A program made the position numbers and the translations under genes. Of a DNA stretch of 64,000 nucleotides, positions 10,514-20,982 are shown in pieces. Position 1 is the stretch's first letter; each line of letters begins with the position of its first letter. This stretch comes from Alphaproteobacteria bacterium (GTDB taxonomy: Bacteria > Pseudomonadota > Alphaproteobacteria > Micropepsales > Micropepsaceae): the NCBI GenBank assembly GCA_003139615.1, contig PLJH01000134.1:3705-67704 (forward strand), given 5' to 3'. Below the pieces are notes generated by a model. The model searched no databases and had not been told where the DNA came from. It saw only the letters and a program-made list of their open reading frames with translations.

Positions 10514-11635
10514 TCAAGGTCCTGCCGGTTTCGCGGCGGCCAGCGGCAGCACGTCGTCGACAAGATGCATGAGAACGCGCCCGGGCTCTTCGATCTGGAC
10601 CATATGGGCGGAATTCTCGAACCAGACCAGTTTCTTGTATGGCGCGTGGACATGCGGGAACCATTGGGCCACCACCGTTGACGACGTCGTTTCGTCGTGG
10701 CGGCCCGCGAAGATCACGATGGGGCAGCGAAAGTCGGTGACATTCGTGAAATTCACCGCGCCGAAGCCTTGCACGAAGTGTGGCAGCGACAATGCCGAGC
10801 CCTTATCGATGGCATCGAGATCCGCGTCGGTGTAATCCGGGGAAAGTTGCGCAGCGTTGTAATAATAGCCGTAACCGCTTCGACGGTAGGACAGCCCACC
10901 GAAAATGACCGACCATTTGCGCTCGGTATTGACCTTGTCGAGCGACAGCGACCCATCCGCGCCCACAAAGGGCGCGATCCCCTTCAACGCCTTGACGGCC
11001 TGCGCATTGCGCGCGCCCTCGGCCGCTTCCAGAACGGCGTCATAGTCGAGGCGCTCGGCCTGGGCCGTGTCGATCATCTGGCCGATCCCGACATAGGCGT
11101 AGAGCCATTCGGGATGCCTTTGCGCAAGGCTCAGTCCCAGGAACGAGCCCCAGGAATGACCGAGAACGAAAATCTTGTCCTTGTGATAGGTGGCGCGCAG
11201 ATAGCGCACCATCGCGTCCGTGTCCTGCTGCATCTGCGGAACCGTCAGGGTCGGGCCGATTTTGCTGGGGTCGTTGGCATTGTAGGTCTTGCCGGCACCG
11301 CGCTGATCCCATTGCACGACCGTGAAGAAATCCTCCCAGCCGTTTTGGAACGTCCAGCTCGTGGGCATTTCCGGCGCCGCAGGGCCGCCATGGATGAACA
11401 GCAGGATCGGATTGTGCGAATCCCGCCCGCGCACGGCGATCCATTGCATCGTACCGTCGATGGGGACGGCGACACGCGTGTCGATGCCGTTGGGCGTGAC
11501 GATCTTCTGCACATTTTCGATGATCTTGCGCGCGGCGTCCCGGGTGAACGGCTTGGCCGGAGCGTTGTCTGCAGCGTGTGCGGAGATGGGCGCGAGCAAC
11601 ACTGTCAGATACCAGACAAGAGACCGGATTCGCAT
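10514..11635 (-). CDS. Secreted alpha/beta hydrolase (proline iminopeptidase-like)
   Basis: Signal peptide, HGGP oxyanion motif, GHSWG nucleophile elbow, C-terminal SAH. Confidence 0.9.
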   Translation of the reverse strand: MRIRSLVWYLTVLLAPISAHAADNAPAKPFTRDAARKIIENVQKIVTPNGIDTRVAVPIDGTMQWIAVRGRDSHNPILLFIHGGPAAPEMPTSWTFQNGWEDFFTVVQWDQRGAGKTYNANDPSKIGPTLTVPQMQQDTDAMVRYLRATYHKDKIFVLGHSWGSFLGLSLAQRHPEWLYAYVGIGQMIDTAQAERLDYDAVLEAAEGARNAQAVKALKGIAPFVGADGSLSLDKVNTERKWSVIFGGLSYRRSGYGYYYNAAQLSPDYTDADLDAIDKGSALSLPHFVQGFGAVNFTNVTDFRCPIVIFAGRHDETTSSTVVAQWFPHVHAPYKKLVWFENSAHMVQIEEPGRVLMHLVDDVLPLAAAKPAGP

Positions 11636-11716
11636 CGTGCAATATCTCCATGATCCGGCGATTATCGCGTCACCAGAACCATGGATTTGGGATGGCCAGT
11701 CCGGACTGTCAACGGC

Positions 11717-12481
11717 TCAGTCCGTCGAATTCCGCAGACCTGAATCGTTGCCGCCGAGCGAGTCGGCCACGATCCACGCCGCCCCTACGAGCGCCAGGTT
11801 CATGCCGTTCATCACCCAGCTGAAATGGCTGGTGGGCGTTGCCATCAACAGTGGCGCATGCACGAGGGCCTGAAACACGAGGAACATCGCCGTGAGCAGA
11901 TAGGCGGCGAGGCGGGACAGGATGCCGGAAAGGATTGCGAGACCGGCTGCGATGTGGGCTGCGCCCGTCGCGTAAGCCCAGAACAACTGGTTCGGCGGCA
12001 GCCATTTGGGGATGTAGGACGCGGTATCCACGGGATAGTGGAAGTGGACGAGGCCGAACCACACCGCGCAGACGCCGAATGCGATTCGTCCGATAAAGGC
12101 GAGACGTGCCGCGAGTGCATCGTCGATCTTTGCGGTCGATGCGAGCGCGATCAACCCGCCGGCCACGAGCGCGAGTTGTTCGGCCACGCCCGAATAGGGG
12201 TTGAACGACAGCGGATGCGCGACGACTTTCGGGATATGCAGCAACAGCACGTTGAGCGCGAACAGCGTCGTCAGCATTGCGGCGCCCAGCGCAGCGGAGC
12301 GCTTCCAGAGAATTGCCACGCCGCCAAACGCGAGGAGTGCGCCGACGGCATAAGCGAGCAGCGCGCGCCCCGGCATGCCGGCCGGCACCGGCTGCCACAC
12401 GAGCGCGAAATCGTCCCAAACGAGTCCGACGACGCCAAGCCAGATTGCAGCAGCTGCGTAAACGCGAATTCCGAATTTCAT
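11717..12481 (-). CDS. DoxX-like multi-pass membrane protein
   Basis: Two internally repeated hydrophobic halves (VWQPVP / YIPKWLP motifs). Confidence 0.8.
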   Translation of the reverse strand: MKFGIRVYAAAAIWLGVVGLVWDDFALVWQPVPAGMPGRALLAYAVGALLAFGGVAILWKRSAALGAAMLTTLFALNVLLLHIPKVVAHPLSFNPYSGVAEQLALVAGGLIALASTAKIDDALAARLAFIGRIAFGVCAVWFGLVHFHYPVDTASYIPKWLPPNQLFWAYATGAAHIAAGLAILSGILSRLAAYLLTAMFLVFQALVHAPLLMATPTSHFSWVMNGMNLALVGAAWIVADSLGGNDSGLRNSTD

Positions 12482-12539
12482 GTCGCACCCCCGAGGCGCA
12501 GCATAACGCGCCGTCGGAAACGTCAAACCGCCTGCGCGT

Positions 12540-13217
12540 TCACTTCTGCGAGATTTTGCCGGGAGGTTTTTGCGCCGGCGCGGGCGGCGGCATTGCGGGC
12601 ACGAATTCCCACGCGTCTTCGCAGCCGCTCACATAAGGATAGTAGCCGGCGGTCTTCGCGCAGTAGAGCCAATAGGGCACGGCAGCGGTTTGCTGCAGCG
12701 TCGCCGGCGCGCTCACGCCGACCGCTTTCCAATGCTTCTTGCAGCCCGCGACATAGGGATAATAGCCGTTGGGATCGGCACAATATTCCCAACTCGCAAG
12801 CGATGGTGGGGCAGACGCGTTTGGGGGCGGCGGCCCGATCGGCATGTCGCGCCATGCGCTCGCGCAAGTCTGTACATAGGGGAAGAAACCGCGCGGCTGA
12901 TCGCAGAAATGCCAGGGCGGCATCGTGGAGGTATCGCTGGGTGGGCTTTGCGTCGCATCGGCCGATGTGGGCGCCGGCGCCGGCGTATCGGGACCTGAGT
13001 CGGGATAGGGATATGTGTCCGGATAGGGATACGGATATGTGTCGGGATAAGGATAGACGTTGCCGCCCCACGTCCCGCCGGTGCCGCCGCCCCAGGTGCC
13101 GCCGTCATTGGGCGAATGGCCGCCCCCGTGCCCGCCGCCGCCACCGTGATGCCAATCGTCGGCAATGCCCGGCGCAGACATCGCCAGCAACGCAACCCAA
13201 GCTACGATCATACGCAT
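12540..13217 (-). CDS. Secreted Gly/Pro-rich protein with three W-x-Y/F-C-x4-G-Y/F-Y/F-PYV-x2-C-x3-W repeats
   Basis: Signal peptide; repeats WHFCDQPRGFFPYVQTCASAW, WEYCADPNGYYPYVAGCKKHW, WLYCAKTAGYYPYVSGCEDAW. Confidence 0.75.
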   Translation of the reverse strand: MRMIVAWVALLAMSAPGIADDWHHGGGGGHGGGHSPNDGGTWGGGTGGTWGGNVYPYPDTYPYPYPDTYPYPDSGPDTPAPAPTSADATQSPPSDTSTMPPWHFCDQPRGFFPYVQTCASAWRDMPIGPPPPNASAPPSLASWEYCADPNGYYPYVAGCKKHWKAVGVSAPATLQQTAAVPYWLYCAKTAGYYPYVSGCEDAWEFVPAMPPPAPAQKPPGKISQK

Positions 13218-13313
13218 CGTCGATACCCGTCTCGAAGCGCCCGGCAGCCTCGTGGGAACGAGTCTAGGCGCTATGGGAGCCAGGGGCGAGGGGCGACGCG
13301 GTAAACCTTTGTC

Positions 13314-14048
13314 TCAACTCTTCGCCATCTTGCTCAGGAGATCCGAATCGATGGCGCCTTCGCGGATCTTGCCGTTCACGATGAAGACGGGCGTACCCGT
13401 GACGCCGGCGGCATCCGCCAGCGCGTGCGCCGCGGTCAGAGACATGTCGATCTTGGGATCGTTCATGTCGGCCTGAAGCCTGGCCACGTCGAGGCCCGCT
13501 TTTTTCGCGTCGTCGAAAAGCAGGTTCTGGTCGACGATGTTCGCCTCGTTCATCAGCATGAAATGGAAGGCGAGATATTTGTCCGGCTGCTTGCGCGCCG
13601 CCATCGCCGCGCGCGCGGCCAAGGTCGAGTCGTTGCCCTTGATGGGAAATTCGATGAAGGCGAAACGCGCATTCTTGTGCGTCGCGTAGAAGCTCTTCAG
13701 CGCGGGCACGGATGCGCGGCAATAGGGGCAGTTGTAGTCGAAGAACTCGACCACGCTGGTTTTCGCGTTCGCGGGGCCGGTGACGAAAGCGACGCGCGGA
13801 TCGAAGAACGCCTTCAGGCCGAGTTTGTCGACGGACGCCTGTTCCGCAGTCCGCGTCGCGTCATCCTGCTGCGCCTGAAGTTCGCCCTGCATGTCCATGA
13901 GAATGCCGGGATGCGCCATCAGGTAATTGTGCATCGCTGCATCGTTGCCGGGAATGAAGCCCAACCGGATGGCGCCGAACAGCACGACGAACGCGAAGGC
14001 CGCGCCGCCGAGGCCGCCCCAGGCGGCGGATTTCCAATGATCTGTCAT
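13314..14048 (-). CDS. DsbA family thiol-disulfide oxidoreductase
   Basis: EFFDYNCPYC active site and cis-Pro motif GTP. Confidence 0.92.
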   Translation of the reverse strand: MTDHWKSAAWGGLGGAAFAFVVLFGAIRLGFIPGNDAAMHNYLMAHPGILMDMQGELQAQQDDATRTAEQASVDKLGLKAFFDPRVAFVTGPANAKTSVVEFFDYNCPYCRASVPALKSFYATHKNARFAFIEFPIKGNDSTLAARAAMAARKQPDKYLAFHFMLMNEANIVDQNLLFDDAKKAGLDVARLQADMNDPKIDMSLTAAHALADAAGVTGTPVFIVNGKIREGAIDSDLLSKMAKS

Positions 14049-14066
14049 GATGTCTCCGAGTGCCGA

Positions 14067-15503
14067 TCAACCGCCGCGTTGTTTGGCCTGTGGTCCTGCG
14101 ACCGCCAGGATATCGTTGGCGCGTTCCCATTCGGTTGATCCCTTGGGCAATTTGCGCGCCGCAAGCGCCGCGAAATGCGCCGCACCCTCCATGGCGCCGC
14201 CGCTGTAATAGCGTTCCGCCGTCGAAAGATCCGCCATGGGCTGGTTGCCGAGCGCGCTATAGGCCTGGGCCGCCTCATACCACCCGAACTCGTTATCGCC
14301 TTCCTGCTGCATCGCAACCTTGAGGTTCTGCAGTGCGGGCTGCGCCAAAGCGGGCTTGTCGGTGGCGAGTTGTGCGGCCGCGAGGCTGATCCGCAGGAGC
14401 GGCGCATCGGGCGCGAGATCGACCGATTTCTGATACGGGCCCACGCCTTTTTCCGGTAGCGCCATGTCGACGTAGATCTGGCCCAGCATTTCCCAGAAAT
14501 AGGGATTCTTCGGTTCTTCCTTGACGAGGCTGTTGGTTTCGGCAAGCGCCTGCGCCAGCTCGGGCTTGCGGAAATACGCCATGCCACGCGCATAACGCGC
14601 CTCTTCGCTCGTGTCGGAGGCAGGATAGCGCGCGAGCACGCCATCAACGTGCCCCAGATAGCCGATGAGCTTCGCCTGGATCATCTTCAGTTCGTGAACC
14701 GATTCCGGCGTGTCCTGCACGTCTTTGTAAGGCGAAGAATCGACGAGGCGCTGCAGCAGATCGATGCGTTCGCGATCGGCCGGGTGATCGGAAATGAAGT
14801 CCTTGGCATACATGCCGGACATCGCGTCTTCCTGCGCGAATTTCTCGAACACTTCGAGCATGCCGTTGCCGGATTGATGCGTGGCGCGCAGATATTTCTG
14901 ACCGCGCTGATCGGCGGTCGCTTCTTGGGCGCGGCTGAATGTTAAAAACGACTCCATCGCCGCCTGTTGGCCGAGCCCGATCGCCGCCATGCCGGCGTTG
15001 CCCGCGCCCAGCGCCATGGCGGCGACGCCCACGGCCATGCCGATCAGCATCGGGATCATGGCCTTGTTCATCACGCGTGTGTCCTTGGTCAGGTCGCCGC
15101 CCGCGATATGGCCGGTCTCGTGCGCAAGAACGCCGATCACCTGATTGGGAGTCTTGAGCTGGATGATGAGACCCGCATTGACGAATATATCTTCCTGTTC
15201 GTCATCGGCCGGCGATTGCGTGGCGAACGCGTTGATCGTGGGATCGTCCACGAGATAGAGCCTGACTGTATTCGGGTCGACGCCGGCGGCAACCAGAAGC
15301 GGTTGCTCATAGCCGCGCAACACGCGCTCGATTTCGGTATCGCGGATGATGCTGATGGCTTGCGCGGCGGCGGGCTGTACGCTCAGATTGAGCGACATCG
15401 CAATCGAAACGGCCAGAACGCCATAACGGGCGAGCCTGGTGCGCAGTGCGGCAAACCGTCCGGCAAGCTTTCCGGCCCGGCGGGCAGGGTGCAGAAACGC
15501 CAA
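14067..15503 (-). CDS. M48 family metalloprotease with TPR repeats (BepA/YfgC-like)
   Basis: INAFA, HETGH zinc motif, EATAD, SDHP; start codon uncertain. Confidence 0.92.
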   Translation of the reverse strand: MAFLHPARRAGKLAGRFAALRTRLARYGVLAVSIAMSLNLSVQPAAAQAISIIRDTEIERVLRGYEQPLLVAAGVDPNTVRLYLVDDPTINAFATQSPADDEQEDIFVNAGLIIQLKTPNQVIGVLAHETGHIAGGDLTKDTRVMNKAMIPMLIGMAVGVAAMALGAGNAGMAAIGLGQQAAMESFLTFSRAQEATADQRGQKYLRATHQSGNGMLEVFEKFAQEDAMSGMYAKDFISDHPADRERIDLLQRLVDSSPYKDVQDTPESVHELKMIQAKLIGYLGHVDGVLARYPASDTSEEARYARGMAYFRKPELAQALAETNSLVKEEPKNPYFWEMLGQIYVDMALPEKGVGPYQKSVDLAPDAPLLRISLAAAQLATDKPALAQPALQNLKVAMQQEGDNEFGWYEAAQAYSALGNQPMADLSTAERYYSGGAMEGAAHFAALAARKLPKGSTEWERANDILAVAGPQAKQRGG

Positions 15504-15620
15504 GGCTTGACTCTCCTTTAACCCCGACCCCTCATCTGGCCCGAACGGTAGGTGTGCACCGCACGGGCGTCAACGCGAGAGACCTCGTACGGTAACCATT
15601 CTAGAACATCGGACCCCAAC

Positions 15621-16970
15621 ATGCATCGATTTATCTCCCGGGCTTCATTGCTTGGCCTTGTTTTTCTTACAGGTTGTTCATGGATGGGCATCGGCGGAGA
15701 GTCCTCGCAGCCGACTGCCGGCGGATTGGTCGTGGGCGACGAGCCCTATGCGGTCAAAGCGGGGGCTGCCGTCCTGGCGGAAGGCGGAAGCGCCGCGGAC
15801 GCCGCGACCGCGACATATTTTGCGCTGGCCGCGACCTATTCGGTTGCCGCGGGAATCGGCGGCGGCGGCATCTGCATCGTGCACGAGGAGAAGACGGGCC
15901 GCTCCGAAGCGCTCTCGTTCCTGGCGCGCGATGCCGCAGGCGGGGGCGCGTTCGCCGTGCCGGGTGCGGTGCGCGGCTTCGGATTGCTGCAGGCGACCTA
16001 TGGCCATCTTCCCTGGCAGCGCGATGTGGCGCCGGGCGAAGGATTTGCCGCCACGGGATTTCCCATCTCGCGCGCGCTCTCCGTGCGCATCATCGCGGCG
16101 CAGGACGTCATCCGCCTCGATGCGAATCTGTCGTCGGAGTTTTTGAGCGAAGGCGGCTTTGTAAAGCCTGTCGGCTCGATCGTCGCCAATCCGGCACTGG
16201 GCGCGACGCTTGCCGAGATCCGCCAACAAGGACCCGATGGTTTCTATCGCGGGCAAGTGGCGTCGCAGATCGCAAAATATTCCACCGCGCAAAACGGCGC
16301 GATCACGGTTGCGGAATTGGCGAGCTATGCGCCGCAGCGCAACCCAGCTGCGACGAGGACGATCGGCAGCGAGATCGCCTATATGTCGCCGAACAATATC
16401 GGCTCGGGCGCCTTTGCGGAGTCGTTGCTGTCGCAGCTCGTCGATGCGCAGGGAAATGCGACGTCGGACGAAAACCTCACGGCGTCCGTCGCGGCCGCAA
16501 CGAAAGCGACGCTCGACAAGTACAACATCGCAAGCCTGCCGCGCGATCTGGGCGCAACGGGCTTTGCCGCCACCGACAGCAGCGGACAATCCGTGGCCTG
16601 CGCCGTGACGATGAACGGGCCGTTCGGCTCGGGTCATACGGCGGAAGGCACCGGCGTGGCGCTGGCCAAGGCGCCGTCGTCAGGGCAGGCGGGGCTATCG
16701 GCCGCGTTCCTCACGCCCGCGATCGCAACGACGTCCGGCGGATCGTTGTCTCTCGTCGGCGCAGGCGCGGGCGGCCCCAACGGAACGGCAGCCCTCGCAT
16801 TTGCGCTGATCCGGCTCGCGGCCGGACAGGACATCACCAAACCCGGCCAGATGCATTCGACCGGCATCGCGCCTTACGACACGATCAATGTGATCGCCTG
16901 TCCGGACGGCGTGTGCGCGGCCGTGTCGGATCCGGGCGCCAATGGATTGGGCGCTGCTGCGGGGCAGTGA
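15621..16970 (+). CDS. Gamma-glutamyltransferase-fold lipoprotein, probably non-catalytic
   Basis: Lipobox FLTGC; GGSAADAA, GIGGGG, VPGAVRG; small-subunit start reads ATGFAATD instead of TTHxSVVD. Confidence 0.85.
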   Translation: MHRFISRASLLGLVFLTGCSWMGIGGESSQPTAGGLVVGDEPYAVKAGAAVLAEGGSAADAATATYFALAATYSVAAGIGGGGICIVHEEKTGRSEALSFLARDAAGGGAFAVPGAVRGFGLLQATYGHLPWQRDVAPGEGFAATGFPISRALSVRIIAAQDVIRLDANLSSEFLSEGGFVKPVGSIVANPALGATLAEIRQQGPDGFYRGQVASQIAKYSTAQNGAITVAELASYAPQRNPAATRTIGSEIAYMSPNNIGSGAFAESLLSQLVDAQGNATSDENLTASVAAATKATLDKYNIASLPRDLGATGFAATDSSGQSVACAVTMNGPFGSGHTAEGTGVALAKAPSSGQAGLSAAFLTPAIATTSGGSLSLVGAGAGGPNGTAALAFALIRLAAGQDITKPGQMHSTGIAPYDTINVIACPDGVCAAVSDPGANGLGAAAGQ

Positions 16971-17069
16971 CGGCCTGCACCGTTTAAGCTCATGGATTTC
17001 CGTAAACCGGGCAAATCAACTTTTGCCCGACGCATCTGGTATGTCGGGCTTTGCAGACCAATGACGCGG

Positions 17070-20000
17070 TCATTGGTCGATCACGTTCGACCCGGAGTTC
17101 GTCTGGTCGGTTCCTATCCTGCCTATGTCATTGTTCGTGCCGTCGAGATCAATGCCCGTGTTGGCGGTCACGTTCAGCAGATTTGTAGTGATGGCACCCT
17201 TACCGGCGACCTCGCCTTGATCGGAGACGAGCGTAACGGTCGAGGCGTCGAGCCCTCCGGGTCCGTCGATTCTCAGGTCGCCGCTCGTAGTGACAAGATT
17301 GATCTTTCCCGTCTGGTCGGTGTCGTCGACGGTCCCGACGACGGACAGTGCCTGGGCGTCGGTAAGCGCGAAGTCTCCGCTCGAGATTGTGAAGGCCTTG
17401 AGATCGGAGATTTGATTTGCCGCTTTCAGCGTGACTCTGCCTGCCGAGCCTTCGAGCTTGCCGGCGGTAATCACGCCGGCGCTCGTCTGGCTGATGCCGG
17501 CTGCAGAAACGAGATCGACGGTCTGGTCTGCGTCGTTCAAAGCACCGTTGATTGCGAGACTGTTGCCCGCACCGGTCACTGTCAGAATAGTGGTTCCACC
17601 CGACACTATGAGCGGCGCGGCCACGACGAGACGGGTTGCGTCCGTCAACGAGAACTGGCCCGACGACGTGAAGCCGGCAAGATCGGCGATATTGTTGGCG
17701 GCCGTCAAATTCGTTGCGCTGTCCGACGAGCCGGTCAGCCTTTTGGCGGTGATGATCCCGGAACTGTTGCTGCCTATGGTACCCCCCGCAATCAAGGTCA
17801 ATGTATTCTGTGAACCCGCTGTGATTGCGGCGTGAATCAGAAGATTCGAAGCGGTGTCGAGGCTGACGGCGCCGCTCTCGTCGATCGCGGCGTCGACGGT
17901 GAAAGTCGGAACATTTGCCGCGATCGAGATCGAATTCAGGCCGTCGACGAGCGACTGTACTGCGCTGTTGTCGCCGATCGCGGTGGAAAGATCGGATTCG
18001 ACCGCGCTGTAGTCATCCGCGTTCGCCAGTTCGCTCAGTGTGTGGTTGGCGATGTTCACGCCCGCTAAGGAGCCTGTCATATCCTCGGCAAACGATGCAC
18101 CCGCGAATGCGCCGCCATTTCTGCCATAGACAATGACCTGACCGCCGCTCGGCGAAAACGTGCCGGGAGCGAAGAGGAGATAATAGTATCCATCGGCACC
18201 GGACGACATCGACAATGCGGCATCGATGGTCGCACCGTTTACGACGGCGTTCATCGCCTGTCCGACGACGTCGGTGCCGGCCGACGAAATCACACCAGAA
18301 ATGGCTTGCGGCGTACCGGACGGGAACTGCGAGAGAAGATAGGGGTAAAGGCCCGTGCCCGTACCCCACGCTGCATTACTGAAGCCGCTCGGCAATGTGT
18401 CTTGCAGCTGCGCCGTCGTAAGCCCGGTACCGCCGCTGCTTGCGCTTTGGCCGGTGGTCTCCGTATCCCAATAACTGTCTGTCACTGTGCCGTCGTTGTA
18501 AGACACCAAGCCGCCGACATAACCGGCGCCACGGACTACGCCCGTAGCGTAGTCATCGATAATCAGGCCGTCGTTTTCCCCGACCAACCCGCCGGCCTCG
18601 TTGCCCCCGGTCTCTGTGACGGCGCCGGTGGCATAGGAGTTCTTGATCGTTCCAATATCGCCGACATAAATCGTATTTTGCCCCACGAACCCACCAATGG
18701 TCTGAAGTCCGCTGACCGTGCCAGAAGCGTAGCTATCGGTAATGCTTCCGTAGTTTATTCCAGCAAAACCGCCAATGGCCTCGCTGCTGCTGCCGCCCCG
18801 AACTGCGCCGGTGGCATAGGAATTACTGATCGTGCCCAAAAAGTAATTCTCGGCGACCAGTCCGCCGGCCTGGTTGAACGCGACGGAGACCGCGCCGGTG
18901 GCGTAAGAGTTGGAAATCGTGGCGTCGCTGTTATTCCAACCGGCGAGACCTCCGACGTAGTACGTGCCGCTGACTGTGCCCGTCGCATGGGAATTTTCGA
19001 TCGTCCCGTCGTTTTCTCCCACCAATCCGCCGAATTCTTCATAAACATTGGTGCTGTTCCCGCCGCTCACCGGCACCGAGGCAAAGGTATTGATCACCGT
19101 CCCGGTGTTCTCACCCACAAGGGCGCCAACCGTTGAGAGGCCGTCGACGGAACCTCCGACCAAACCGAAGTCGCGAATGGTGCCGCTGGACCCACCGAAG
19201 AAACCGACATTGCTGCGCGACGGCAAATCGATTTTGAGGTTAGATATCGTATTTCCGAGACCTTCGAAGACACCGCGTAACAAGATCGGGTTAAAGTTTG
19301 AAACCGGCGACGCGTCAAACGAATTTGCGAGCGCGTAATTGTCGGAAGCGCTATTTTCGATGTTCTGTACGTCCGTCATGGAATAAAGGAGCGTGTAGAG
19401 CGTGCCGTTGATCGAGAGCGTGCCGTGGTTGTTCTTTCGCCCGTAGGAAACGTTTCCGGCGAAGCCCGTGGGCCTGAGACCGAAGGATAAGGCGCCGTCG
19501 GTCGCCGCGTCGTTGTATTGCAAGACGAGGCCGCCCGCACCCGTAATGGATATCGGCGCCATGATATTGAGCGAGTGATAGGCATCGAGTGTGAGTGTGG
19601 CAGTGGAATTCCACGACAACGCGCTTTCGACATTGATGTCGCCCAGGCCGGGCGTCTGGTTGCCGACGCCGAACGCGGCGCCGGATGTCGTCTGCTCCAG
19701 CACGCTCGTGCCACTATTGAGCGCACCGTCGATCGTCGTGGCGGCGCTCGAATCGATCGTGAGGTCTTCGGGATCGACTTTCCATTGGCCGCCTTGTCCG
19801 GCCGTGATGTGGCCGGAAATGTTGGCCGTCTCGCCGGACGTTTCAATGCGGCCGCCACCGGTCGCACCGGCTGCGTTCAACGTGCCGGTCGTCGTGAGTG
19901 TGCCATTGCCTGCGTTGAGATAGATGGTGCCGCCGACATTTTGGACGCCTTGCGCCTGAATGATGCCGCTCATGTTGACGACACCTGTTGCCACGCCATT

Positions 20001-20759
20001 TGCGGCATGCGCCGTCATCGACACATTGGTGCCGGACAACAATCCGCTGTTGACGGCAGACGCGCGCGCACTGACGTCGTCTTGTGCGGCAAACGACACG
20101 AGTCCGTCGCCTGCGAAATCGACCGTGAATTTGTTCGCGGCGCCCAGCGCAACCGTGCCGAGTTTTGCATTCACCGTACCGGTGTTCGTCACATTCGGCG
20201 CGACCAGCGCCACCATGCCGCCGCTTGCCGCCGTGATAGTTCCGTTATTGACGACAGATGCGTTTTGCTTGCCCGCTTGCGTGAACTTGCCGGACAGAAC
20301 GTCGGAATCCGAGCCGTCCGTGGATGTCGCAATCAGCGAACCGACATTGACCTGCGCGCCTTTGCCGAACAGCACGCCATTGCCGTTGATCAGAACCACA
20401 TGGCCGTTGGCATCGAGGGTACCCAGAATCTGGGAGGCATTCGCACCGCCCACGCGGTTGACAGCGATAGCCTGCGCGTTCGGCTGATAGAATTGTGTCG
20501 TCTGTCCGCTGCCGATGTTGAAGCTGGACCAGTTAATGACAACGTCTTCGGATTTCTGGTTGACGTTCGTCTTGCTCGACGATGTCGAGATCGAAGCCGA
20601 TCCCGTGGTGACCGCGCCGCCGACGGGATTTGCCTGCGCGGTGGATGGGGCGATCAGCGCAATCGCGGCGGCGCTTAAGAGGAGTCTTTTGTTGAAGGCC
20701 TTGCGGCGAGACCTGGTGTTGACGACAACGCACGCGCAATCAGACGCAACGAACGACAT
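17070..20759 (-). CDS. Filamentous haemagglutinin-like exoprotein 1 (haemagglutination-activity domain, GLUG repeats)
   Basis: NWSSFNIG...NRV...ILGTLDANGHVVLINGNG secretion-domain motif; many VGGLVG(E)N repeats; start at MSFVASD. Confidence 0.88.
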   Translation of the reverse strand: MSFVASDCACVVVNTRSRRKAFNKRLLLSAAAIALIAPSTAQANPVGGAVTTGSASISTSSSKTNVNQKSEDVVINWSSFNIGSGQTTQFYQPNAQAIAVNRVGGANASQILGTLDANGHVVLINGNGVLFGKGAQVNVGSLIATSTDGSDSDVLSGKFTQAGKQNASVVNNGTITAASGGMVALVAPNVTNTGTVNAKLGTVALGAANKFTVDFAGDGLVSFAAQDDVSARASAVNSGLLSGTNVSMTAHAANGVATGVVNMSGIIQAQGVQNVGGTIYLNAGNGTLTTTGTLNAAGATGGGRIETSGETANISGHITAGQGGQWKVDPEDLTIDSSAATTIDGALNSGTSVLEQTTSGAAFGVGNQTPGLGDINVESALSWNSTATLTLDAYHSLNIMAPISITGAGGLVLQYNDAATDGALSFGLRPTGFAGNVSYGRKNNHGTLSINGTLYTLLYSMTDVQNIENSASDNYALANSFDASPVSNFNPILLRGVFEGLGNTISNLKIDLPSRSNVGFFGGSSGTIRDFGLVGGSVDGLSTVGALVGENTGTVINTFASVPVSGGNSTNVYEEFGGLVGENDGTIENSHATGTVSGTYYVGGLAGWNNSDATISNSYATGAVSVAFNQAGGLVAENYFLGTISNSYATGAVRGGSSSEAIGGFAGINYGSITDSYASGTVSGLQTIGGFVGQNTIYVGDIGTIKNSYATGAVTETGGNEAGGLVGENDGLIIDDYATGVVRGAGYVGGLVSYNDGTVTDSYWDTETTGQSASSGGTGLTTAQLQDTLPSGFSNAAWGTGTGLYPYLLSQFPSGTPQAISGVISSAGTDVVGQAMNAVVNGATIDAALSMSSGADGYYYLLFAPGTFSPSGGQVIVYGRNGGAFAGASFAEDMTGSLAGVNIANHTLSELANADDYSAVESDLSTAIGDNSAVQSLVDGLNSISIAANVPTFTVDAAIDESGAVSLDTASNLLIHAAITAGSQNTLTLIAGGTIGSNSSGIITAKRLTGSSDSATNLTAANNIADLAGFTSSGQFSLTDATRLVVAAPLIVSGGTTILTVTGAGNSLAINGALNDADQTVDLVSAAGISQTSAGVITAGKLEGSAGRVTLKAANQISDLKAFTISSGDFALTDAQALSVVGTVDDTDQTGKINLVTTSGDLRIDGPGGLDASTVTLVSDQGEVAGKGAITTNLLNVTANTGIDLDGTNNDIGRIGTDQTNSGSNVIDQ

Positions 20760-20982
20760 GGGACCCCCAACGCAGATTGGTCTGCGTCGATGTTCTCTTC
20801 GCGAAAATCGACGCGTTGCGTCGCCACGCCCCACGGCGCCGCCCCGGTCGCCCGACCGATGACAGAAGATTAACCTGTCCGAAAACGACTGTGAAGTGGG
20901 AGAGCCCGGCCGGCCCCGAAAAAAACCAGGATATCCTATGTTGGTCGGCTGCGGACACCCGCGCGACCCGTACGGGTTCGTA

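Noticed and set aside
20760-20982. Riboswitch upstream of the FHA-like gene
   Set aside because: GC-rich hairpins are present but I could not match c-di-GMP or other riboswitch consensus by eye; needs an Rfam scan
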